A stretch of 43,021 nucleotides of DNA from positions 1 to 43,021 of the forward strand of contig JAITVV010000016.1 of the NCBI GenBank assembly GCA_031285625.1, read 5' to 3'. The stretch comes from Prevotella sp. (GTDB lineage Bacteria > Bacteroidota > Bacteroidia > Bacteroidales > Dysgonomonadaceae). Within the stretch, counting starts at the first letter, position 1; the number at the start of each line of letters is the position of its first letter. Under the pieces are notes generated by a model. It searched no databases. It saw only the letters and a list, made by a program, of their open reading frames with translations, and was not told the origin of the DNA. Positions 29,869 to 40,967 of the stretch are shown in pieces. The translations under genes and the position numbers were made by a program.

Positions 29869-31509
29869 TTAACAATTAGCACAATTAATCGGCTTCAGCT
29901 GTTGGAAGAAGTCATTACCCTTATCATCTACAAGGATGAATGCAGGGAAATCAACTACTTCTATTTTCCAGATTGCTTCCATACCCAGTTCCGGATACTC
30001 AAGGCATTCTAGGCTTTTGATACTGTTCTGAGCCAGAATTGCAGCAGGTCCTCCGATACTTCCCAGATAGAACCCGCCATGTTTGTGGCAAGCGTCTGTT
30101 ACCTGCTGGCTACGGTTCCCTTTGGCAATCATAATCATACTACCGCCATTAGACTGGAATGAATCCACATACGAATCCATACGTCCGGCTGTAGTCGGCC
30201 CCATCGAACCGCTCGCATAACCCTTAGGAGTCTTTGCAGGGCCTGCATAGTAGATAGGGTGATCTTTAATATATTGAGGAAGCCCTTCTCCGTTATCGAT
30301 ACGTTCTTGCAACTTGGCATGGGCAATATCACGCCCCACGATGATTGTTCCTGTAAGCGACAAGCGTGTAGAAACAGGGTATTTGGTAAGTTCAGCCAAT
30401 ATTTCTTTCATCGGACGGTTCAGATCTATTTTCACACCACCTGCTTCACCTGCATTGCGGTATTCTTCAGGAATCAATCTTGCCGGATTGTCTTCCATTT
30501 TTTCCAACCATATACCATCTTTATTGATTTTCCCCTTGATATTTCTGTCTGCCGAACAAGACACTCCCATACCCACAGGACACGATGCGCCATGGCGTGG
30601 CAAACGGATCACGCGGATGTCATGCGCAAAGAATTTACCGCCAAACTGGGCACCCAGTCCAAGTTCCTGGGCAGCTTTCAATAATTTAGCTTCCATTTCA
30701 AGGTCGCGGAATGCCTGACCACCTTCATTACCCGAAGTAGGCAGGTTGTCATAATACTTGGTAGAAGCCATTTTTACTGTTTTCAGATTGGTTTCGGCCG
30801 ATGTACCCCCGATTGCAAATGCAATATGGTAAGGAGGACAAGCAGCTGTACCCAGCGACTTCATTTTTTCTATCAGGAATTTTTCCAGTTTTTCGGGAGT
30901 AAGCAACGCTTTTGTTTCCTGATACAGGTATGTTTTATTAGCAGAACCTCCGCCTTTAGCTACAAAAAGGAATTTATACTCGTTTCCGTTGATGGCATAC
31001 AGGTCTATCTGTGCAGGAAGGTTTGTACCAGTATTTACCTCTTTGTACATATCCAGCGGAGCATTTTGTGAATAACGAAGGTTATCTTCTGTGAAAGTGT
31101 TGTACACCCCTTTCGAAAGAGCCTCTTCATCATTGCCTCCAGTCCATACATTTTGGCCTTTTTTACCCATTATAATAGCTGTTCCCGTATCCTGGCAGAA
31201 AGGGAGTACTCCTTTAGCAGATATTTCGGAGTTGCGAAGGAATGTGAGTGCTACGAACTTGTCATTGTCGCTTGCCTGAGGATCAGACAGGATTTTAGCT
31301 ACCTGTTCCTGATGTTCGGGTCGAAGAAGGAATTCGACGTTGTGAAATGCATGCTGAGCCAGTAAAGTTAAAGCCTGAGGTTCGATTTTCAGGATTTCCT
31401 GTCCTTCAAAACTAGCTGTGGACACATAGTCTTTCGACAGAAGGTAATATTCTGTGGTGTCCTTACCTAAAGGAAAAGTTTCCTGATACTTAAAAGGAGG
31501 TGTTGCCAT
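29869..31509 (-). CDS. fumA: Class I (Fe-S) fumarate hydratase
   Basis: [38 protein letters not shown]; TACTTTTG box at 31551-31558. Confidence 0.96.
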   Translation of the reverse strand: MATPPFKYQETFPLGKDTTEYYLLSKDYVSTASFEGQEILKIEPQALTLLAQHAFHNVEFLLRPEHQEQVAKILSDPQASDNDKFVALTFLRNSEISAKGVLPFCQDTGTAIIMGKKGQNVWTGGNDEEALSKGVYNTFTEDNLRYSQNAPLDMYKEVNTGTNLPAQIDLYAINGNEYKFLFVAKGGGSANKTYLYQETKALLTPEKLEKFLIEKMKSLGTAACPPYHIAFAIGGTSAETNLKTVKMASTKYYDNLPTSGNEGGQAFRDLEMEAKLLKAAQELGLGAQFGGKFFAHDIRVIRLPRHGASCPVGMGVSCSADRNIKGKINKDGIWLEKMEDNPARLIPEEYRNAGEAGGVKIDLNRPMKEILAELTKYPVSTRLSLTGTIIVGRDIAHAKLQERIDNGEGLPQYIKDHPIYYAGPAKTPKGYASGSMGPTTAGRMDSYVDSFQSNGGSMIMIAKGNRSQQVTDACHKHGGFYLGSIGGPAAILAQNSIKSLECLEYPELGMEAIWKIEVVDFPAFILVDDKGNDFFQQLKPINCANC

Positions 31510-31706
31510 GATTTAATTTTTATAGTTTTATAGTTGATTTATATTATATGCAAAAGTACGAAAATAAAGATATTGTTTCAAGAATAAGGCGGCGATAAAC
31601 ATTAAAAAGCTGCCATATTTATACTAAAAAATGTAAGAGCCATTATCATTCACGAAAAATCTTGTATATTTGCGGATTATATACTAACGCTGACGATTTA
31701 CAAACA

Positions 31707-32921
31707 ATGAATATAAGCAAATATATATTATTAATAAGCCTGATTTTACTTCCTGTTTTGGGTTTTGCTCAAAAAGTAGGCGGAAAATATATTGTGACTA
31801 CCGGGGATACAACGCAGATCGTAAATTCTGTATCTGGTCTCAGGAGTCCTGATGCTAAATTCCTTTTCAAAAAGAGCAATGCTGTTTCCGATTCTATCCT
31901 GGCTAACATGACATCCGATTACACTTCCCTCGAAGAAGCCCTTATGGATGTTAACGATCTGATATCTACAGTAGAAAGAGACCAGACCCAGCTAAAAACC
32001 GGGAATATTGGTTTAGGTTACCGTTTGTCAAAGATAAACGTTGATAATATGCTGAAAGAGAAACGGGCAAAAGCAATGGCTGACAGTATACTTCAGGTAC
32101 GCCACATGCAATCTGTTGCAGAAATGGCCCGCAAATATGAAGAATTTGGAAATAAACCGACATACTTTATAAACGGTACAAATGTAGAGCCTGAAATGAT
32201 AAATCAGCTGATGTCCGGCGATATTGTCGAACGTAACCTTAAAGTTCAGGATACGTCTTCAGGAAATCCTAACGGTGAAGTATGGTTTATTATTACCGAT
32301 AAGGCTGCTCAAAGACTAGGGCTTCAGGTTGCAAAATCTGCCTCTGTAAGCGATTATCCCGAACCGGTACGATCATCATCAGCAGCTCCTTCATACAAAG
32401 TAGAAAAAGAAAAAGGCAGTAATGTACGTACAGGATCAAAAACAAGTACTAAGAAGAGTCCTGCTGTAGATAATAAGAATAAGAAACAGGAAAAGGCTAA
32501 AAAGCCGAGACGTTCTGTAAGACAGATAAAAGCCGACCGTGAAGCAAGGGACAACAGGGATGAGGAAGACGATACACCTACATATCAACCGGCACCGGAA
32601 TCGGTCTATACACCTCAGCCGACTCCTAAATCTCAGCCGACTCCAGTGCCTCAACCAAGGCCTGCACGTAAGGCAGAAGAGCCAAAGGTGAATTCACAAC
32701 CTCAGACAACCCAGTCTCCTGTGTCTCAGCCTGTAGAAAATAAGCAGCCAGAAAAGAAAGCGGAGATACAACAGGCAACCCCGATAACAACGAATGAAGT
32801 TAAAACAGATAGTTCGGCACCTAAACAAGAACGAAAGACTTTTGTAAGGGCCAGAACAGTAAATAATGAAGAAGTAAAAGTAAGTGACCCGATTGACAAT
32901 GCGGAAGAGCCGCTTGATTAA
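31707..32921 (+). CDS. Secreted hypothetical protein with plug-like motif and long Lys/Pro/Gln-rich tail
   Basis: Signal peptide from ATG 31707; the track's TTG start overlaps a TATATTTG box at 31665-31672. Confidence 0.8.
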   Translation: MNISKYILLISLILLPVLGFAQKVGGKYIVTTGDTTQIVNSVSGLRSPDAKFLFKKSNAVSDSILANMTSDYTSLEEALMDVNDLISTVERDQTQLKTGNIGLGYRLSKINVDNMLKEKRAKAMADSILQVRHMQSVAEMARKYEEFGNKPTYFINGTNVEPEMINQLMSGDIVERNLKVQDTSSGNPNGEVWFIITDKAAQRLGLQVAKSASVSDYPEPVRSSSAAPSYKVEKEKGSNVRTGSKTSTKKSPAVDNKNKKQEKAKKPRRSVRQIKADREARDNRDEEDDTPTYQPAPESVYTPQPTPKSQPTPVPQPRPARKAEEPKVNSQPQTTQSPVSQPVENKQPEKKAEIQQATPITTNEVKTDSSAPKQERKTFVRARTVNNEEVKVSDPIDNAEEPLD

Positions 32922-32924
32922 GGA

Positions 32925-33491
32925 TTATTTACTCAAGATATTTTCTATAATTACCGGAAAGTGCATATACTCCAGTGTATGCACTTTTTTTGCGACATCC
33001 TCATACGTGTCGTCCTTATCTACAGTGCATTTTGCCTGAAATATAATAGTGCCCTCATCATAGTTTTCATTTACATAATGTATCGTTATACCCGATTCGG
33101 TTTCCCCTGCCTCTACCACAGCTTTATGTACATTGTCTCCATACATACCTTTACCGCCGAACTTAGGAAGAAGCGCAGGATGGATATTTACTATTTTATT
33201 AGGATAAGCCTTCAATATATTTTCCGGAACTTTGAGCAAAAAACCGGCGAGTACTATAAAGTCAATGCCGTTTTCCTTCAGACAGTCGAGAACCATATCT
33301 GTAGAGTCAAACTCACTCTTCGAGAAGGTTACAGACTTTATTCCCAGCCTTTTTGCACGTTCGTGTACATATGCATCCTTCTTGTTGGAAATGATAACAG
33401 GGAAAGAGGCTGCGTCTTTACCTTCGAAGTAATTTACTATGTTTTCAGCGTTAGATCCTGACCCAGAGGCAAAAATGGCAATTTTATTCAT
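32925..33491 (-). CDS. purN: Phosphoribosylglycinamide formyltransferase
   Basis: IFASGSGSNA, LAGFL, NIHPALLP, YDEG; start set at MNKIAIF. Confidence 0.97.
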   Translation of the reverse strand: MNKIAIFASGSGSNAENIVNYFEGKDAASFPVIISNKKDAYVHERAKRLGIKSVTFSKSEFDSTDMVLDCLKENGIDFIVLAGFLLKVPENILKAYPNKIVNIHPALLPKFGGKGMYGDNVHKAVVEAGETESGITIHYVNENYDEGTIIFQAKCTVDKDDTYEDVAKKVHTLEYMHFPVIIENILSK

Positions 33492-33645
33492 AAATATATT
33501 TTCACTAAGTCTGCACACAAACAAAAAAAATGTGCAATTTTAACTATTTTATAAGCAAAATATTTGTTTCATATGGATAAAAAACTGTTACTTTGCAGCG
33601 ACAAAATTAAAAATAAAAATTTATTATTAATCAAAACTCAAAATT

Positions 33646-33882
33646 ATGTCAGAAGTAGCATCAAAGGTGAAAGCCATTATTGTTGATAAGTTAGGCGTTG
33701 AAGAATCAGAAGTTACAGATACAGCTAGCTTTACAAACGATCTGGGAGCTGATTCACTTGATACAGTAGAATTAATCATGGAATTCGAAAAAGAATTTGG
33801 TATTTCTATTCCAGATGATCAAACTGAGAAAATCGCTACAGTAGGAGATGCAGTCTCTTACATTGAAGCAAATGCAAAATAA
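33646..33882 (+). CDS. acpP: Acyl carrier protein
   Basis: [12 protein letters not shown]. Confidence 0.99.
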   Translation: MSEVASKVKAIIVDKLGVEESEVTDTASFTNDLGADSLDTVELIMEFEKEFGISIPDDQTEKIATVGDAVSYIEANAK

Positions 33883-33903
33883 TCTTTTTTCCAATAATTA
33901 CTT

Positions 33904-35166
33904 ATGGAATTAAAAAGAGTAGTAGTAACAGGTCTAGGTTCGGTAACCCCTATAGGCAACGACGTCGCTACCACATGGAGCAATGCGCTTAAAGGAGTGA
34001 GTGGGGCTGGACCTATTACTCATTTTGATGCGTCAAAATTCAAAACACAATTCGCTTGCGAGGTTAAAGATTATGACCCGTCCGTATATATGGACAGGAA
34101 AGAAATCCGCAAATGTGACAGATATACATTACTGGCTATAGGTGCGTCAGAAGAAGCCATAAAAGACTCTAAGCTGGACTTGGAGAAAGAAAACTGTGAC
34201 AGAATCGGTGTTATATTTTCAGCAGGTATAGGTGGTATCAAAACTTTTGAAGAAGAAGTGTCGTACTACTTTACACATGAAGATATGGGACCTAAGTTTA
34301 ATCCTTTCTTTATCCCTAAGATGATTTCGGATATAGCAGCAGGGTTAATCTCTATCCGTCATGGCCTTCGTGGTCCTAACTTCGGAACAGTATCTGCCTG
34401 CGCTTCATCTACACACAGCGCTATTACGGCTTTCGACCAGATCCGTCTGGGTAAAGCAGATGTAATGGTTGTAGGAGGTGCCGAGGCTGCTATTACCGCT
34501 TCGGGTGTTGGTGGTTTCAATGCTATGACCGCTTTGTCTACACGCAACGATTCTCCTCAGACAGCATCCCGTCCGTTCAGTCAGAGCCGCGATGGGTTTG
34601 TAATAGGAGAAGGTGCAGCCTGCCTTATTCTCGAAGAACTGGATCATGCATTAGCTCGTGGAGCTAATATATATGCAGAGATTGTAGGAGGAGGTATGTC
34701 TGCTGATGCTTATCACCTGACAGCTTCACATCCTGAAGGACTAGGTGCTAAGTTAGTAATGAGAAATGCTTTGGAGGATGCTCACATGAGTCCGTCAGAA
34801 CTTGATTATGTTAATGTACACGGCACATCAACCCCGGTTGGTGACCCGTCAGAAATTAAAGCAATCAAAGATGTATTCGGTGAACATGCTTATAACTTAA
34901 ATGTCAGCTCTACCAAATCGATGACTGGTCACCTGTTAGGTGCAGCCGGTGCATTGGAAGCAATGTTCTGTGTACTTTCTGTACAGAATGATATAGTTCC
35001 ACCAACCATCAATTTCACAGAAGGAGACGAAGATCCTGAGATTGATTATAAGTTGAACCTTACATTTAACAAGGCTCAGAAAAGAACAGTGAATGCAGCA
35101 CTTTCTAATACATTTGGTTTTGGAGGACATAATGCTTGCGTAATCGTTAAGAAGTTTAAGAAATAA
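33904..35166 (+). CDS. fabF: 3-oxoacyl-ACP synthase II
   Basis: RVVVTGLG, SACASS, HGTST, GHLLGAAG, NTFGFGGHN. Confidence 0.98.
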   Translation: MELKRVVVTGLGSVTPIGNDVATTWSNALKGVSGAGPITHFDASKFKTQFACEVKDYDPSVYMDRKEIRKCDRYTLLAIGASEEAIKDSKLDLEKENCDRIGVIFSAGIGGIKTFEEEVSYYFTHEDMGPKFNPFFIPKMISDIAAGLISIRHGLRGPNFGTVSACASSTHSAITAFDQIRLGKADVMVVGGAEAAITASGVGGFNAMTALSTRNDSPQTASRPFSQSRDGFVIGEGAACLILEELDHALARGANIYAEIVGGGMSADAYHLTASHPEGLGAKLVMRNALEDAHMSPSELDYVNVHGTSTPVGDPSEIKAIKDVFGEHAYNLNVSSTKSMTGHLLGAAGALEAMFCVLSVQNDIVPPTINFTEGDEDPEIDYKLNLTFNKAQKRTVNAALSNTFGFGGHNACVIVKKFKK

Positions 35167-35171
35167 GTCGC

Positions 35172-36011
35172 GTGCTTAAAAAGATATATCGTAATATAAG
35201 GCTTCTTCCTAAAAGAGGGAAGGAGCCTTATGTATCTTTTTACAAAATATTCGGCTTTTATCCCTACAATATAACATTGTACGAGCAAGCCCTTTTACAC
35301 AAGTCATCCTCAATAAAAATGAAGGACGGGCGGTGGATAAATAATGAGCGGCTCGAATTTCTGGGAGATGCAATATTAGATGCCATAGTAGCCGATATTG
35401 TATTCAAACAGTTTGAGTATAAAAAGGAAGGATTCCTGACTAATATGCGCTCTAAAATAGTACAGCGCGAAACCTTAAACAAGCTGGCACTCGAACTTGG
35501 CATAGACAAGTTGATAAAAACCTCGGCACGCAATACCACACCAAACACGCACATGTATGGGAATGCGCTTGAAGCGCTGATCGGTGCAATCTATCTCGAT
35601 CAGGGATACCGTGTGTCTAAAAGATTTATCTACGAAAGGCTGATACAGGAACACCTGAATATAGATACTGTAGCCGAACAGGAGGCCAATTATAAATCGA
35701 GGCTGATAGAATGGAGCCAGAAACAGAAAATATCAGTTAGCTTCGATCTCGTAGACAGTTTTGTTGACGAAAACAATACCCCTATCTTCAAAACGGCTGT
35801 TGTCATATTGGGAGAACAGGCGGGCCTGGGAACAGGCTATTCTAAAAAAGAGTCGCAACAAAAAGCGGCTAAAGAAGCATTCAACAAACTACAACGGAAC
35901 ACTGCATTCCGCAATCATATATTTGAGCTCAACGAGCAGCAGCAACAGTTGCATAACGAAACCTATACCAATTTGCAGCAGGAAAGGACTTCTACCGAAA
36001 CTGAAGCCTGA
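35172..36011 (+). CDS. rnc: Ribonuclease III
   Basis: NERLEFLGDA, EALIGAIYLD, C-terminal dsRBD; GTG start. Confidence 0.97.
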   Translation: MLKKIYRNIRLLPKRGKEPYVSFYKIFGFYPYNITLYEQALLHKSSSIKMKDGRWINNERLEFLGDAILDAIVADIVFKQFEYKKEGFLTNMRSKIVQRETLNKLALELGIDKLIKTSARNTTPNTHMYGNALEALIGAIYLDQGYRVSKRFIYERLIQEHLNIDTVAEQEANYKSRLIEWSQKQKISVSFDLVDSFVDENNTPIFKTAVVILGEQAGLGTGYSKKESQQKAAKEAFNKLQRNTAFRNHIFELNEQQQQLHNETYTNLQQERTSTETEA

Positions 36012-36159
36012 TATCCCGGTCACTCTCCATAATTTCTTCTATTGTATTTTACTATTCGTCGGATAGATATCCTCATTTGTCGATTTTGTTTGTCTTTTTT
36101 TCTTAAAGACTGTAATATTACGTTTCAAAGAATGACTTTATTACACAAAACTCTTTTAT

Positions 36160-38109
36160 ATGAAAACAAACAAATTCTTTATTGTATTTTTTATTGCATG
36201 CTTGTTTATGGTATCATGCGATAGTGACGACGATATTGTGAAAGATGATGAAGATGATGATTCGGAAGTAGTCATTGATGAGGATTTTACAACCAATACT
36301 AAAGATACTACCTTTGTAGATGCTGTTACCATTACGTTTTCAGATGATATAATAACAATTACAAATCCTTACGAAAGCGATGGTGTAAGCATTACCCAGA
36401 GTAATGGTAATGTTGTAGTTACCTCCACTAATACAACTACAGAGATTAATTATGTTTTATCCGGAGCCATCAAGAACGGATCATTTAAAATTTACAGCGA
36501 CTATAAGTTTGGTCTGGGGCTTAATGGTGTAAGCATAATCAGCACCGACGGACCTGCCCTGAATGTTCAGTCGGGTAAAAAAGTGACTGTAAGAACAGTG
36601 GGAGGCACATCGAACAGGCTGGTTGACAGCAACAATTATACAGCTTACGGCGATGAAGATATGAAAGCGGCTTTCTTTAGTGAAGGTCAATTGAATTTTG
36701 AAGGGAACGGAAACCTTCTGGTTGTCGGCAGGTATAAACATGCCATTTGCAGTGACGATTATATACGTATAAAAGGCGGTACAATAACTATTGCGGGAGC
36801 TGTAAGTGATGGTATTCACGCCAAAGATTACTTCAGAATGGATAATGGCACATTGGATATAAAGGCCTCGAGTGATGGTATTGATTGCGATGAAGGATAT
36901 ATCCAGATCAATGCCGGTAATATTACCATCAAGAGTGCTGATGATGGTGTCGTAACCTCTTATGAAGACTCTGATACTACAATCGACTCTTCGGTATCCA
37001 TAAATGGAGGGACACTGAATATCACAACCACAGGACAAAAGGCAATGGGGATAAAGAGTGATATAGGTGCCGTTACGGTAAAAGGCGGGACAATAAATAT
37101 TACTACAAAAGGAGAAGCATCCAAAGCCTTCAAAACAGGAGGAGATATGACCATAAGCGGCGGCGACCTTACATTGGTCACTTCGGGTGATGCATTTTAT
37201 GATACCGATGATCAGGATATCTCTTCGGCAGCAGGCATCAAGTGTGATGGAAATCTTATCATCGATAAAGGTACTATCACCATCACCAGTTCGGGAGCCG
37301 GAGGCAAAGGTATCAGTGTAGACGGCGACCTTACCATCAACGATGGAGATATTAATGTATCTACTACCGGAGACCAGTTCAAATACGGATCGGATGATAC
37401 AGCAGCCAAAGCTATAAAAAGTGATGGTAATCTCACCGTCAACGGTGGCAATATCGTAATAAAAACCACAAAAGAAGAAGCTGAAGGCCTGGAGAGTAAA
37501 AAAACGCTGATCATTAATGATGGAACAATAGAAATCGAAGCCTATGATGACTGCATCAATGCATCCGATCATATAGGAATTAACGGTGGAAATATATATT
37601 GCTATAGCGAAACAAATGACGGAATAGACTCTAACGGAACACTAACAGTTACAGGTGGTATTGTTATATCATCCGGAACAACATCTCCTGAAGAAGGTTT
37701 TGATTGTGACCAGAATACATTTAAGATCACAGGTGGTATCCTTATTGGCACAGGTGGAGCAACCAGTAATCCTACGTCCAGTGTAAGTACACAACGCTCT
37801 GTCGTTTATGGTACATCAGGTACAGCCAACCAGCTGCTACATATCGAATCTGCGGATGATACACCTATACTGACGTATAAAATACCCCGTACATATTCAC
37901 AAATGACACTGTTGTTTAGCAGTCCGGATATCAAGGCAAATACCAGTTATACAATATATAACGGAGGCAGCGTATCGGGAGGCAGCGATTTTCATGGATT
38001 GTACACAGGCTCTACATATATAAAAGGTACGTCAGCCACTACTTTCACTCCAAGTTCGATGGTAACTACTATCGGTACCTCTTCGGGAGGCCCTGGCGGA
38101 CGTCCGTAA
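36160..38109 (+). CDS. Carbohydrate-binding beta-helix lipoprotein (Cthe_2159/DUF4353-like)
   Basis: Lipobox MVSC with acidic tail; repeated I.I.GG.I.I...DGI units; HAICSDD, DGIDSNG. Confidence 0.85.
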   Translation: MKTNKFFIVFFIACLFMVSCDSDDDIVKDDEDDDSEVVIDEDFTTNTKDTTFVDAVTITFSDDIITITNPYESDGVSITQSNGNVVVTSTNTTTEINYVLSGAIKNGSFKIYSDYKFGLGLNGVSIISTDGPALNVQSGKKVTVRTVGGTSNRLVDSNNYTAYGDEDMKAAFFSEGQLNFEGNGNLLVVGRYKHAICSDDYIRIKGGTITIAGAVSDGIHAKDYFRMDNGTLDIKASSDGIDCDEGYIQINAGNITIKSADDGVVTSYEDSDTTIDSSVSINGGTLNITTTGQKAMGIKSDIGAVTVKGGTINITTKGEASKAFKTGGDMTISGGDLTLVTSGDAFYDTDDQDISSAAGIKCDGNLIIDKGTITITSSGAGGKGISVDGDLTINDGDINVSTTGDQFKYGSDDTAAKAIKSDGNLTVNGGNIVIKTTKEEAEGLESKKTLIINDGTIEIEAYDDCINASDHIGINGGNIYCYSETNDGIDSNGTLTVTGGIVISSGTTSPEEGFDCDQNTFKITGGILIGTGGATSNPTSSVSTQRSVVYGTSGTANQLLHIESADDTPILTYKIPRTYSQMTLLFSSPDIKANTSYTIYNGGSVSGGSDFHGLYTGSTYIKGTSATTFTPSSMVTTIGTSSGGPGGRP

Positions 38110-38133
38110 CTTCATCTGACTGATTTGTATGAG

Positions 38134-38170
38134 AGACTATTTCTTAAAAAAAAGAAATAGTTTCTTTTTT
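38134..38170 (+). terminator. Intrinsic terminator
   Basis: ACTATTTCTT...AAGAAATAGT hairpin plus T run. Confidence 0.65.
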
Positions 38171-38264
38171 ATTTTAAAATAACGATAGCAATCTGTCGCA
38201 ATTATTGCCCAAATGATGAAAATATTGTAAATTGGCGGCTCTTACTTTTTCAATATGTTAATCT

Positions 38265-39224
38265 ATGAGCCGTATAAATGATGGACTGATAAAAGCTTTG
38301 AAAAGCAGAACACCAGGTAAAGGAAATACAGTCAATTTATTAATGGATATTCTCCCAATGGGCAAAGAAGCTGCATACCGAAGATTACGCGGCGAAATAC
38401 CATTTACATTAGAGGAGGCTGCAACCATTAGTGAGAAGTTTAACATATCATTGGATTCTTTATTTGAAAAACCGGGAAATGAGTCGTTTGATTTTAAGTT
38501 ACAAGCTCTTTTCTCGGAAGACCCGTTGCGCGAATATTATAAGATGCTAGATGATATTGTATCAGGTATAGAACTGATTGTGGCTAAAGATCCCAATACG
38601 GTATCCCACAGAGCATACAGATGTTTGCCTACCGAATTTATGTTCAGATACGATTCGCTGACAAAAATATATATTTACATATTGCATTATCAGCTATACT
38701 ATACTAATATGTCTAACAATCAGAAGGATCTGGACATACCTCAGGCAGTGTTTGCTGCACAGCGCAGGGCTGCCGAAGTATTACAGTCTGTAGATACTAT
38801 ATTAATTCTGGATAAACATATCTTTGGTGATTATATCGGGATTGTAAAGTATTTTCTGAATATGGGGCTGATTGACGAACAAGAGGTGATGCAGATCAAA
38901 AGTGAGCTGTTCTTAATGCTCGACGACATGGAGAAATGTGCCTCTTCCGGATATTCTATCCAGGGGAAACCCATGGATATGTACATTTCACAAATATCCT
39001 TCGATGCTACTTATTCGTATATGGAAGGAGCGGGTATAAGGTCTTGTTCAATTACATTATATTGTATCGATCATCTGTCATGCCTTAATCAGAAAGTTAC
39101 AGAAAATCACAGGCTCTGGGTCAAATCCTTAGTCCGGTTTTCTACCCAGATATCAGTTTCGGGCGAACTGCAAAGAAACACATACTTCTCCAAACAACGT
39201 CATCTGGTAGAAACAATGCTATAA
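38265..39224 (+). CDS. Putative transcriptional regulator with N-terminal HTH (Bacteroidales family)
   Basis: LMDILPMGKEAAYRRLRGEIPFTLEEA...ISLD Xre/BetR-like HTH. Confidence 0.8.
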   Translation: MSRINDGLIKALKSRTPGKGNTVNLLMDILPMGKEAAYRRLRGEIPFTLEEAATISEKFNISLDSLFEKPGNESFDFKLQALFSEDPLREYYKMLDDIVSGIELIVAKDPNTVSHRAYRCLPTEFMFRYDSLTKIYIYILHYQLYYTNMSNNQKDLDIPQAVFAAQRRAAEVLQSVDTILILDKHIFGDYIGIVKYFLNMGLIDEQEVMQIKSELFLMLDDMEKCASSGYSIQGKPMDMYISQISFDATYSYMEGAGIRSCSITLYCIDHLSCLNQKVTENHRLWVKSLVRFSTQISVSGELQRNTYFSKQRHLVETML

Positions 39225-39533
39225 TAAGTAGTAAGTTAGAATCATGTGCTCTATTTCTTTCAAAGCAAAAGAAGGGAACCAAAAATATTTTTAGTGCCTC
39301 ACTTCAATGTACGATAGGAATAACGGGAAAGCTGCGGCCTATAGAGGCTCTGCCCCTGCTGGCCTCTGTTTCGCAGGCGGGGTACCCAATCCGTATTTAT
39401 TTTGCTCAGCAGTAGCTGCGGTTTTTGGGTCGCCGAAAAACGAAGCATTGATTTTTGTCACTTTTTATCAAGAAAAAGTTGAAAGAAATAGAATGGATAG
39501 TTTGAACAAATTAAATACTGATTCGCATTAATA
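39225..39533. mobile_element. Degenerate, internally deleted inverted copy (B) of the 24849-25449 element
   Basis: 39296-39314 is the exact reverse complement of 25306-25324; 39428-39447 matches the reverse complement of 24997-25016 at 17/20; 39513-39533 is identical to 25429-25449. Left boundary approximate. Confidence 0.7.
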
Positions 39534-39559
39534 GGTAAATAGTATTTTTTACTTCTAAC

Positions 39560-40441
39560 TTACTTATATATCTCTTTCTTTCCGGCCAATAGTGTATTCC
39601 TCATCAATGATATTATTGTCATTGGTCCCACACCTCCGGGTACAGGAGTTATATATGAAGCCTTGGGAGCCACCTCATCAAAGGCAACATCGCCTTTCAG
39701 CCTGAATCCCGATTTAGTCTCTGCAGAGGGTACGCGCGTTGTGCCTACGTCTATTACCACGACACCGTCTTTTACCATATCCCCTTTCAGGAATTCGGGA
39801 ACACCCAATGCTGCAATGATAATATCAGCACTCAGACAAACCTCCTTTATATTTGGTGTACGGCTGTGGCAAACGGTAACTGTAGCATCGCCCGGATAAC
39901 CTTTTTGCATCATCAGGTTTGCCACTGGTTTGCCCACTATGTTGCTGCGTCCGAGTACTACGCAATGTTTTCCCTGAGTAGGGATATCATATCTTTTCAG
40001 CAGTTCGAGTATTCCGGCAGGAGTGGCCGAAACAAAGCATGGCAACCCTATCGACATTCGCCCGACATTGATCGGATGAAAACCATCCACATCTTTACGG
40101 TAGTCAATAGCTTCTATCACTTTCTGCTCAGATATATGCTTTGGCAAAGGCAACTGAACTATAAATCCATCTACATCGGCATCCTTATTCAATTTATCGA
40201 CACAGGCAAGCAGTTCCTCTTCACTTACATTCTCTTCGAACCGTATAAGCGAAGACTTGAATCCGACCTCTTCACAAGTGCGGACTTTGCTGGCAACATA
40301 AGTTTCGCTCCCTCCATCGTGACCAACCAGCACGGCGGCCAGATGTGGTGTTTTTCCTCCTGTGGCTTTTATTTGTGCGACCTCTTCTGCTATTTCTTTT
40401 TTCATTTGTGCCGATATGGCCTTTCCGTCGATTAAATGCAT
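39560..40441 (-). CDS. folD: Bifunctional methylene-THF dehydrogenase/cyclohydrolase
   Basis: [34 protein letters not shown]; ATG 40441 with TATCTTTG box at 40478-40485. Confidence 0.98.
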   Translation of the reverse strand: MHLIDGKAISAQMKKEIAEEVAQIKATGGKTPHLAAVLVGHDGGSETYVASKVRTCEEVGFKSSLIRFEENVSEEELLACVDKLNKDADVDGFIVQLPLPKHISEQKVIEAIDYRKDVDGFHPINVGRMSIGLPCFVSATPAGILELLKRYDIPTQGKHCVVLGRSNIVGKPVANLMMQKGYPGDATVTVCHSRTPNIKEVCLSADIIIAALGVPEFLKGDMVKDGVVVIDVGTTRVPSAETKSGFRLKGDVAFDEVAPKASYITPVPGGVGPMTIISLMRNTLLAGKKEIYK

Positions 40442-40541
40442 ATATACTGCTTTAGATAAGAAATTTATTAGATAGGGCAAAGATACGAAAATAGGTGTAA
40501 ATAATTAATTGAAAATTCGTATTTGGACTATCCTTATACAG

Positions 40542-40587
40542 AAAAAAAATGGTTTTAAGTAACCATTGTAGATTACTTAAAACCATT
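40542..40587 (-). terminator. Strong intrinsic terminator
   Basis: 15-bp perfect stem (40548-40562 / 40573-40587) running into a T tract on the minus strand. Confidence 0.75.
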
Positions 40588-40712
40588 AAAATGTATTTTG
40601 AATATTCTATTTTGCTGATTATCTATTCTAATCATTACATAATTTCCAGTACAGGCTGTGTAATAATTTCATAGTCATGCTTTGCTAATTGTTTACTCAA
40701 AGATAAGTAAAA

Positions 40713-40750
40713 ACAAAAAGACTGACTCCCTAAAAAGAAAATCAGTCTCA
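40713..40750 (-). terminator. Terminator after tRNA-Arg
   Basis: Minus strand AGACTGATTTTC...GGGAGTCAGTCT followed by T run. Confidence 0.7.
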
Positions 40751-40756
40751 AAATTG

Positions 40757-40828
40757 TGACCCTGGCGGGAATCGAACCCACAGCTAAGGAACCGGAATCC
40801 TTTATTTTATCCATTAAACTACAGGGCC
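40757..40828 (-). tRNA. tRNA-Arg (anticodon CCG), CCA not encoded
   Basis: Acceptor GGCCCTG/CAGGGTC; anticodon arm AAGGA-TTCCGGT-TCCTT; T-loop GTTCGATTC. Confidence 0.95.
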
Positions 40829-40967
40829 GTTAGGCGACACAAAAATATAAAATTATTCCCAGCTTTTATCTACAAACCCAAATTATCTTATAATCACTCA
40901 TTCTTAAAAGAAGAAGGAGGGATATCTCAGAAAACACCCTCCTTGTAATATTCTATTTATATTCAAC

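Noticed and set aside
36481-37572. 363-aa antisense ORF
   Set aside because: Shadow of the repetitive beta-helix gene on the opposite strand
39307-39531. 74-aa ORF
   Set aside because: Entirely within repeat copy B; not matched by an equivalent ORF in copy A
40481-40828. tRNA-Arg as an integration site for an island
   Set aside because: No integrase and no duplicated tRNA 3' end found in the window
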